The notes under the pieces were generated by a model that did no database searches, was not told the DNA's origin, and saw only the letters and a program-made list of their open reading frames with translations. 43,993 nucleotides of DNA, from NCBI GenBank assembly GCA_021201035.1, contig JAJQFQ010000229.1, positions 1 to 43,993 of the forward strand, read 5' to 3'. Shown piece after piece: positions 1 through 7,490 of this stretch. The stretch comes from Clostridiales bacterium (GTDB lineage Bacteria; Bacillota; Clostridia; Lachnospirales; Lachnospiraceae). Numbering within the stretch: position 1 is the first letter of the stretch; each line of letters begins with the position of its first letter. The translations under genes and the position numbers were made by a program.

Positions 1-550
1 TGACAGATTGGGAAACAAAGAAGTCTGTTGCATCCGTCAGGCGAATATCTGCCGGAACCCGGTCTCCGGCTTCCATACGAACAAGGTCGCCAACCACCAG
101 ATTATCCGAACACACTTCCTGCCAGATGCCGTCCCGACAGACAGAGACAGTGGTTTGTACCAGTTGGGTCAGGTGATCGGCAACACGCTTTGCCCGAAGC
201 TCCTGCAAAAGCCGTATAACACCACTCAAAACCAGCATCAGGCTGATGATAAGGACTGAAGAAAGTCCTTGCCCATATTGCTCCAGCATCAGAGTATCTG
301 TGAATAACAGGATAACAGCCAACAGGAAAAGAATCACTGTGAATGGGTTGATAAATGCTCTGCGGATGCAGTGCGGGATAGTATTTTCTTTTTTGCCGCT
401 TACCGTCTGTTCATTTTCGCCATATTCTTTCCGATATTGGCGTACCTGCTCCTGGGTTAAGCCCTTTTCTCCGGAATGGGTTTTCCTGGTGATAGTCGAA
501 CAGGAAACGCAAGCGTATTCCCGTATTCGGGGATGAACTCTCTCTTTCAT
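1..550 (-). CDS. mgtA: Magnesium-translocating P-type ATPase, N-terminal part (runs off the window edge)
   Basis: Manual translation from ATG at 550 (GGAGG RBS upstream): MKERVHPRIREYAC...GLTQEQVRQYRKEYGEN...RRAFINPFTVILFLLA...IRLLQELRA...LVVGDLVRMEAGDRVPADIRLTDATDFFVSQSV. This is a typical P-type ATPase N-terminus and actuator start. Not in the ORF track because it has no stop codon in the window. Confidence 0.85.
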   Translation of the reverse strand, partial: MKERVHPRIREYACVSCSTITRKTHSGEKGLTQEQVRQYRKEYGENEQTVSGKKENTIPHCIRRAFINPFTVILFLLAVILLFTDTLMLEQYGQGLSSVLIISLMLVLSGVIRLLQELRAKRVADHLTQLVQTTVSVCRDGIWQEVCSDNLVVGDLVRMEAGDRVPADIRLTDATDFFVSQSV

Positions 551-940
551 AGGTGAAGCCTCCGTGCTGCGCAAGCCTTGATGCTTTCATTATAGCATAG
601 AAGGCAATGTGCAAATCTTGCTTTTTTCTTGTTTTGAATAGACTACAGTGTCGAAGTACATTGACTTTCAAATGAGATAAGTTCTATCTGTTTTTGCCTC
701 TGTTTATTCAAAGTTTAATTAATATTTTTCTGATACCACCGATTAAAATATAGTTCCTTCGGATCACAATGTGGTTCATAATCCTGACGTGAATTTAATT
801 CCTGGTCGTGAATGTTCATAAACTCCGGGCTGGGTTCGGAGAGGGGAAGTTCCTCCACATCCTTTACATTACGATACTGGACGATCTCAAATTCGTTGCA
901 ATCATCAAGATATGCGATGACCTTGTTTTGCATTTTGCTA

Positions 941-969
941 TTGATTTTGCCATGCTTATAAATTATAAT
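941..969 (+). promoter_or_regulatory. Sigma-A promoter of the first abiEi-abiEii operon
   Basis: TTGATT (941-946), 17 bp spacer, TATAAT (964-969). Confidence 0.7.
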
Positions 970-976
970 GAATTTG

Positions 977-1014
977 CAAACTGCACAAGACTGAAAGAGA
1001 ATTTGTGCAGTTTG
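977..1014. promoter_or_regulatory. Inverted repeat, putative AbiEi operator
   Basis: Perfect 12-bp arms CAAACTGCACAA (977-988) and TTGTGCAGTTTG (1003-1014) with a 14 bp spacer, directly downstream of the -10 box. Confidence 0.6.
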
Positions 1015-1031
1015 AGAAAGTGGATGATATT

Positions 1032-1625
1032 ATGGAAGAAAACCTGAGAAAAAATTTTTTGAGCCATGGTGGGGTTCTAAGAACGAGGGATCTGCGTCAG
1101 TGCGGCTATTATAATCAAAAAATACAAAAATTGATAGAAGATGGAGAGATAGAACAGATTCGTCGAGGATACTATCAGTATATGGACGAGAATGCATATT
1201 CTGAGGCAATTATTATTGCTGCGCTGTTCCCTGACGGTGTTGTATGCATGGAGAGTGCCTTGGATTTTTATGGATATACAGACAGAACGCCATCGGCATG
1301 GCATATAGCGGTTGACAGTAAAACCTCGCGGAGACGGTTCAATATTTCTTATCCGATTGTAAAACCGCATTTTATTACGGCAGAGCGTTTTGTAATCGGT
1401 ATTACGGAAGCTGAAATTGAAGGAACGAAGCTGCAGATTTATGATCGGGAACGGACAATCTGTGATTGCCTGCTTCACCGTAATAAAATGGAAGCTGAGG
1501 TGTTTGCCGGAGCAGTAAGGGGTTACCTGTCCGACGCAAAGAGAAATGAGTCCAGGCTTGGGAAATATGCGAATGAACTTCGGGTTCAGAAAAAAGAAAG
1601 GGAGGTACTTGGAATATGGCTGTAA
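1032..1625 (+). CDS. Type IV toxin-antitoxin AbiEi-family antitoxin
   Basis: N-terminal wHTH-like segment (GGVLRTRDL...IEQIRRGYY), then VCMESALDFYGYTDRTP...IYDRERTICD; overlaps the downstream toxin start. Confidence 0.85.
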   Translation: MEENLRKNFLSHGGVLRTRDLRQCGYYNQKIQKLIEDGEIEQIRRGYYQYMDENAYSEAIIIAALFPDGVVCMESALDFYGYTDRTPSAWHIAVDSKTSRRRFNISYPIVKPHFITAERFVIGITEAEIEGTKLQIYDRERTICDCLLHRNKMEAEVFAGAVRGYLSDAKRNESRLGKYANELRVQKKEREVLGIWL

Positions 1626-2235
1626 AAAATAAAAGTGCATCCGCACTTGCGAGACTCGTAATCAGGCGAAAGAAGAAGGTATCAGCTATCAGATGAGTTT
1701 GCAGCTGTTCTTTCAGGAAGAGTTTTTGCGGAGACTGTCGCATTCACGATACAGAGATAACCTGATATTAAAGGGCGGGATGTTCATATATGTTCTTACT
1801 GAGTTTGACAGCAGGCCAACGAGGGACATGGATTTTATGCTTCGAAGCCTTTCGAATGAACTTGGCAACATAAAAAATGTCATGGAAGAGATATGCAGTA
1901 TCCAGACGGATAATGATTATATCTGGCTGGAGGTAACTGGGGTGGAGCAGATTACTCTCGAAAAGAAATATCCGGGAGTGAAGACAAAATTTATCGGGCA
2001 TATCAATAATGTCAGAGTACCATTTTCGGTGGATGTGGGGATTGATGACGTGATAGTCCCGAATGCAGAAATCAGGGAAATTGCAACAAGACTGGAGGGA
2101 TTTGAAGCACCGGAGATTTATACATATTCTCTTGAGAGTACCATTGCAGAGAAGTTTGACGCGATTTTGCAAAGAATGGATACTACCAGTCGGATGAAGG
2201 ACTTTTTCGATATCTACTATGCGATTCATCCGTGA
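1616..2235 (+). pseudogene. AbiEii-family nucleotidyltransferase toxin, frameshifted and C-terminally truncated
   Basis: ATG 1616 gives MAVKNKSASALARL, then a one-base deletion near 1657 and RNQAKEEGISYQMSLQLFFQEEFLRRLS...LILKGG...RPTRDMDF...TIAEKFDAIL...SRMKDFFDIY. The frame ends about 5 codons after the RMKDFxD motif, so the usual helical C-terminal part is missing. Confidence 0.8.
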
Positions 2236-2482
2236 GGATGCCATTGAGTGGACCTTTGTTCTGATGATGAATAAGCTTATTTTTGCAAGGGAGAAGGTTC
2301 TGCAGGACTTACAGAGGAATATCCGGAAAGAGACACATAAAGAAATATTCCGCAGGGTTGATGAGATTGATGCTGCGCTGGATAAAAACCGTGAAAAGGG
2401 AGAGACACTTACAACAATCATGACAAATATAAATATTGTAAGGCCCATGAGTTTAATTCTTGCTCAAGGGCTTTTTAAGTAG
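2219..2482 (+). pseudogene. Fragment of a large serine recombinase C-terminal region
   Basis: (M)RFIREDAIEWTFVLMMNKLIFAREKVL...RVDEIDAALDKNREKGETLTTIM resembles, from recall, the helix/coiled coil after the Zn-ribbon of Clostridial ICE serine recombinases; no RBS and no catalytic domain. Confidence 0.5.
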
Positions 2483-2585
2483 CGCTGCGTCAAAAAAATA
2501 AAAAATTGACGCAGCGCTTGCTTTTCCCTATGAAGTGTGCTAATATAAGCGCAGCGTCAAAAAATAAAAAAATTGACAAAACGCT
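2481..2585 (+). promoter_or_regulatory. Promoter flanked by two related inverted repeats (putative antitoxin operators)
   Basis: IR1 AGCGCTGCGTCAA-N12-TTGACGCAGCGCT (2481-2518, perfect). IR2 AGCGCAGCGTCAA-N12-TTGACAAAACGCT (2548-2585, degenerate). Between them: TTGCTT (2518-2523), 17 bp, TAATAT (2541-2546) with an extended TG. Confidence 0.7.
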
Positions 2586-2603
2586 TGAAGGGAGGCGAGG
2601 CAC

Positions 2604-3320
2604 ATGTGGACTAATCAGGCGTTAAGAAATCTTTCAGATAAAAAAATATACTCTCGCAAAGAACTGTTTCAAATTTTTTGTGCCGAAAAAGAAGATTTAA
2701 GTGAGAGTGCGTTTCGATGGACACTGTACAATCTGCAAAAAGAACAGCAGCTCTTTCGCGTGGATTACGATGCATATGTAACGGTTCAGCAGGAGGAGCT
2801 TCCTGTGTACAGACCGGTTTATTCTGACAGAGGTATGGAAGTCAGAGAAAAGCTGGAAGATAAATTTCCGGAGCTTACATTTGTCATTTTTGAAAGTGTT
2901 CTGCTAAATGAGTTTTTGAATCATCAGATAGCGCAGAACACAGTATACGTGCAGGTGGAAAAGGATGTGAGTTCCTACATCTTTGATGAATTACAACAGG
3001 AATATACCGGAAGTGTGCTTTACAAACCGGGAAAAAATGAATTTGAGAGATATTGGACGAGAGATTGTATTGTTGTTTTGGAGTTGGTCAGTCAGGCTCC
3101 GATGTCAGATGAGAAGCCGCATGAAATGACCGCAGAGAAGCTGCTGGTTGATATTGTGGCAGAAAAAAGTATTGCCGCAACATTTAGCCCATCGGAGGTT
3201 CCCCTCATATATGCGAGCATGATAGAAAGCTATCAGGTGGAGCGCAGAAGATTGAATCGGTATGCGGGACGCAGAGGAAAAACAGAGTTGGTAAAGAAAT
3301 ATGCGGGAGGAAGAACGTAA
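2604..3320 (+). CDS. DUF6577-like protein, putative AbiEi-type antitoxin/regulator
   Basis: GGGAGG RBS; N-terminal HTH-like region (SAFRWTLYNL) and LNEFLNHQIAQNTVYVQVEK...LVSQAP...EKLLVDI...RYAGRRG; coupled to a downstream nucleotidyltransferase. Confidence 0.7.
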   Translation: MWTNQALRNLSDKKIYSRKELFQIFCAEKEDLSESAFRWTLYNLQKEQQLFRVDYDAYVTVQQEELPVYRPVYSDRGMEVREKLEDKFPELTFVIFESVLLNEFLNHQIAQNTVYVQVEKDVSSYIFDELQQEYTGSVLYKPGKNEFERYWTRDCIVVLELVSQAPMSDEKPHEMTAEKLLVDIVAEKSIAATFSPSEVPLIYASMIESYQVERRRLNRYAGRRGKTELVKKYAGGRT

Positions 3321-3321
3321 G

Positions 3322-4380
3322 ATGCTATCAAGAGCTATGTACACATCAGAGTATATCAACGACCTGTACAAGAAAACTGGGAATGACCCCACACTGATTG
3401 AAAGAGTGGTTTATGCGTTTGGCCTTTTGGAAGCGATTAAGCGGGCAGGACTTCCGTTTTGTTTTAAAGGTGGAACCGCTCTCATGTTGTTGCTTGAGCG
3501 TCCAAGGAGATTGAGCACCGATATCGATATTATCGTGGAACCTGGAACTGATATTGATGAATATATCCGCAAGGCAGGAGAAATATTTCCATTCCTGGAT
3601 GTGGAGGAACATGTCTGAGTTGGCAAGAATGAGATTGAGAAGAGACATTTCAAATTTAAGTATCGCTCACCAAGGAGTGAGCGGGATGTCACCATTTTGC
3701 TGGATGTTCTTTTTGAAAAGATACAGTACAAAACGTGCATTTTGAAGCCGATAAAAAATGAGCTACTTTTGACAGAGGGAGAAGACCTTTCCGTCAGCAT
3801 TCCAAATGTCAATGGCATCCTTGAAGATAAGATGACGGCATTTGCACCGCATACAACGGGAATTCCATTTGGAGTGGATAAGGAATTGGAGGTAATCAAG
3901 CAGCTTTATGATTGCGCTTCTTTGTTTGATGCAATGACAGATTTTAGTGAAGTTTGCGAATCCTACCATCGGATAGTCTGTTCGGAGATGGCATACCGAG
4001 GGCTTTCCATTTCGGCAGAGGATGTGTTGAAGGATACAATTAACGGGTGCCTCTGTATCGCCAGCAGGGGAATTCTTAATGGGGAAGATTATACATATTT
4101 CAAGGATGGTATTTCCAGAATCAGGAACCACATTATTGGAAGCCGATTTGGCGGAGATGTTGCTGGGGCATATGCTGGAAGAGTGATGTATCTTGCGGCA
4201 GCGATGCTGACCGGGCAGGAAACTCTGATTAAAATTAATGATCCTGGAGAATATGTCGGACAGAAGCTTGAAATAGAAAAACCAAAGAGATTCTCTTATA
4301 TGCGTATTGTGGACCCGGTTTCTTATGGGTATCTTATTGAGGCTAGCAAGCTCTTGCAGGGAATCGAATTCGTTTCATAA
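3322..4380 (+). pseudogene. AbiEii/AbiGii-family nucleotidyltransferase toxin with an in-frame TGA at 3616-3618
   Basis: FCFKGGTALMLLLERPRRLSTDIDI, DKMTAFAPHTTGIP and IKQLYD motifs. ORFs 3301-3618 and 3697-4380 share one frame separated only by a single TGA (EEHV*VGKNEIEKRHFKF). Confidence 0.85.
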
Positions 4381-4396
4381 AATCTGTTAGGTGATA

Positions 4397-4503
4397 GTCG
4401 ATATGTTTGCGCATACACCCGAGCTGCATGTGACATCAATATCGTTTTCTCGTGCCATGTGGAAACCGTGTGCCTTTTAAGCCGCAAAAATAAGGGTTTA
4501 TAG
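4397..4503 (+). mobile_element. Displaced 3' end of rlmD/rumA, the putative attachment boundary of an integrative element
   Basis: 4456-4503 translates HVETVCLLSRKNKGL*, the typical RlmD C-terminus. 4397-4420 translates VDMFAHTP (RlmD VDMFP.T motif) in another frame. Confidence 0.7.
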
Positions 4504-4528
4504 GGCTTTATGGCGTCGTATGCAGATT

Positions 4529-5886
4529 TTATACATTCTCAAAATCCCTTGTAATATCATTCAGCCATTTTTTGCTCCGATAATGCCGTACGACAACCGG
4601 AATCTTCCAGAATTCATCCAGACAGAGAATAAAATAGACCGCCATGGGAGGCAGATCAAACACAAAAGCGCTCAAAAATCCGAGAGGAACAGAGATAGCC
4701 CACATCGTAATTGTATCGCAGATCAGGCCAAAGCGTGAATTACCGCCCGCGCGAAAAATACCGGCGATGAGCAGGGTGTTCATGGCCTGTCCGATGACAT
4801 AGTAGGAGCTGATGCAAAGCATGATACGCATGTAACGGGTCGCCTGATCTGTCAGTTCGAACAGGTGCGGAATGAGCGGATTCAGAGCCAGAACGACGCC
4901 GGCCGTTGCGAGGCTGATCAGAAAGGTGATCCGACAGAGGCGCCCGGCCATGATCCCGGCTTCTTTGATGTGCTTTTCCCCCATGGTTTTTCCGAGTAAA
5001 ACGGAACCTCCGCCGGAAATACCGAAGCAGAGGATCGTGCACAGGTCGCGTACATTGGTGGTGATTGCGTTGGCTGCCACGACATCGGAGTTTAAGTGCC
5101 CGAGAATGATGGAATAGCTGGAAAATGCCAGCGTCCATAAGATATCATTTGCCAGTGCGGGCAGGGAATATTTTAAAAAGTCCTGAAACAGCAGGCGGTG
5201 TCTGCCGAATAAAAGCTTCCATTCAGGCTGAAACAGCTTTCCGGAGAACAGATCCTTCAGACACAGAATACACTCCACGCTCCGGGCAATCAATGTCGCG
5301 ATGGCAACGCCGAGTACGCCGAGCTTCGGCGCACCGAACAGACCGAAGATAAAGACGGCATTCAAAAATACGTTCAGAAGCAGTGCCGTACCGGAAATGA
5401 TGGTACTTGTCCGGGCACGTTCGACACTTCGCAGGGTACTTTCATATACAGTCGAAAAACTCATGATGAAATAGGAGATTCCGATTATGCGCAGATAGGT
5501 GATACCGATGCCAATCAACTCGGCATCATCCGTATAGACCATCATGAGCTGTCCGGGAATAAACAGTGTGAGCAGTGCGATAACGGCGGTAACAGACAAT
5601 GCGATCTTTAAAGCGATGCCCATGATTGACTGAATCGCCCGCATTTCTTTTTTTCCCCAGTATTGTGAGCACAGCATCGTAATTCCGGAGGATATTCCGA
5701 AAAAAGTCCCTGCAGGATGAACTGGTACTGGTTTGCCAGAGATACGGCGGAAAGAGCGTTCTGTCCGACAAAACCCAGCATAAAAACGTCCGCGAAATTG
5801 ACGGCCGAGTTTAACAGGTTTTGTATCGTGATCGGAAGAACCAATGCGAACAGAGCGCGGTAAAAAGATCGTTTTTCAGTCATCAT
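4529..5886 (-). CDS. MATE family efflux transporter (frameshift in the A6 run at 5700-5705)
   Basis: ORFs 5608-5886 (LVLPITIQNLLNSAVNFADVFMLG) and 4529-5677 (SQYWGKK...GAPKLGVLGVAIATLIAR...GIFRAGG) join into one ~450-aa MATE if one base is added. Confidence 0.85.
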
Positions 5887-6263
5887 TCAAATCTTCTTTC
5901 TGTAAAATTTCGGGAACCGTGATTTTGCGGACTGCGGTCCATGAGGCACGCTGTCCGAATTTTGTGCGGCTCTGCATAAGTTCGATAACAGCAATCGTAG
6001 ATTCCTTATCTTACATATTCCGCAGTCTCTGTATCATATTATAATAAACAGTGAAATTCAAGAGTATATGGCAGATGATTTCGTGCAAAAAAAAGCAAAA
6101 ACGTATGTTCCGGATGACGAAATTTCAAATGTTTTGTTGCAACTGAAGCGCATAGGGGTTACAATAAATATATTAGATTGGTGCGTATGACATACATGCT
6201 GTTTGCGCGGCCGGATATGCTGTTGTAATAAGGCGGGTATGATGATCAGACAGGAGGAGAACA

Positions 6264-6953
6264 ATGGGATTATTCAGTAAAAAAGACATTTGTCCGGTGT
6301 GCGGAAGGAAAATAAAAGGGGAAGTTCATGTTAAAATCCGGGATAATGTTTCCGTTTGCCAGAACTGCAGCGCCATGATTAATATGGATGCGGCGATGAT
6401 TCCGAATCAGACGGTGGAGGATATTAAAGAGCATCTGAAATACAGGGAGAAGAACCTGGAAAAGTTTATCCGGTTTGAGTCGACACAGGAGGCGAAGGCC
6501 GGAACAACGATTCTTTATGTGGATGAGCCGGCAAAGCTCTGGTATTGTACGAGAAATAAAAAAGAGAAAAACCCCCCGATTTTTATGTATGGTGAGCTTT
6601 CCGCCGTGCAGTATCTGGAGGATGGACAGCCGGTAGAGAATGAGGAGAAGACAGGTCTGCTGGGATCCCTGTTCAGTGATAAAGCCGAGTCGAAGGCGAT
6701 TCACAGCATGAAGCTGCGAATTGAACTGTCTAATCCATATGTAAAAACTGTTGATATAGAGATGATTGCGCCGAACAGTGAGGTAAAAACCGGAACGATT
6801 ACTTATAAATCCAACCGGCGTGCATTGGAGAAAGTGAGGGAGATTTTGCCCGGAATACAGGCGAATCAGCAGGGAAACGGACTGTACGGAGCGAATACGT
6901 CTGTTACGGATGAGCCGGTGGAGGATGCAGACGGCAGTGCGGCGGACGAGTAA
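6264..6953 (+). CDS. DUF4428-like zinc-ribbon protein
   Basis: GGAGGAG RBS; MGLFSKKDICPVCG...VCQNC N-terminal CxxC pair. Confidence 0.65.
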   Translation: MGLFSKKDICPVCGRKIKGEVHVKIRDNVSVCQNCSAMINMDAAMIPNQTVEDIKEHLKYREKNLEKFIRFESTQEAKAGTTILYVDEPAKLWYCTRNKKEKNPPIFMYGELSAVQYLEDGQPVENEEKTGLLGSLFSDKAESKAIHSMKLRIELSNPYVKTVDIEMIAPNSEVKTGTITYKSNRRALEKVREILPGIQANQQGNGLYGANTSVTDEPVEDADGSAADE

Positions 6954-7018
6954 GCTTTATGTGTAAATTTTCTGTCTGTTTTGCATATCCTATCATAAAG
7001 AATTCGTTTTTGGAGAGT

Positions 7019-7438
7019 ATGATGGATTTTGGTCAGGAGTATTATCATATGTTTGACGGGCAGGGCAGCGGAAAAATTCCTTTTTACATGACATATCCGG
7101 TGCGGAATTCCTTTTTGGAAGAGGCGGAATATGAAAGAGACTGCCGACGTCTGCAGGAAATGTATCCGCGGGATGCCAGAAGGATACAGACGCTGGTGGA
7201 ACAGGAATGTGACAAAATGGAACACGAGGGGAGCATGATGTTCGATGAATATCCGGATCGCCTTTTGTTTCGTATGCTGTGCAGGCGGATCTGCCGTGCT
7301 TTGCAGGATGATGAGGAAATGACCCGGAACGTTATACCGGATCGCGATCATCCGCTTATGCAGCTGATTGAGGTGATGCTGACACAGGAAATGTACAGAC
7401 GCCGTTGCCGATACCGTCGGTGCAGAAGGCGGTATTGA
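7019..7438 (+). CDS. Conserved hypothetical protein (possibly sporulation-related)
   Basis: GGAG RBS before ATG 7019; LQEMYP...ECDKMEHEGSMMFDEYPD motif and an Arg-rich C-terminus. Confidence 0.65.
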   Translation: MMDFGQEYYHMFDGQGSGKIPFYMTYPVRNSFLEEAEYERDCRRLQEMYPRDARRIQTLVEQECDKMEHEGSMMFDEYPDRLLFRMLCRRICRALQDDEEMTRNVIPDRDHPLMQLIEVMLTQEMYRRRCRYRRCRRRY

Positions 7439-7490
7439 GCTCTGACGGGAGAGATGATGACATACATTGGGGTGAAAGGACAGAAGTAAT

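Noticed and set aside
715-933. 72-aa minus-strand ORF
   Set aside because: No RBS or recognisable motif; may be a gene remnant within the island, not supportable as a CDS
3616-3618. Selenocysteine or genetic-code reassignment of TGA
   Set aside because: TGA is used as a normal stop in many genes here, the position is not a redox Cys site, and no evident SECIS hairpin follows
5700-5705. Programmed frameshift or true pseudogenisation of the MATE transporter
   Set aside because: A single homopolymer indel with both halves otherwise intact; most likely a sequencing error
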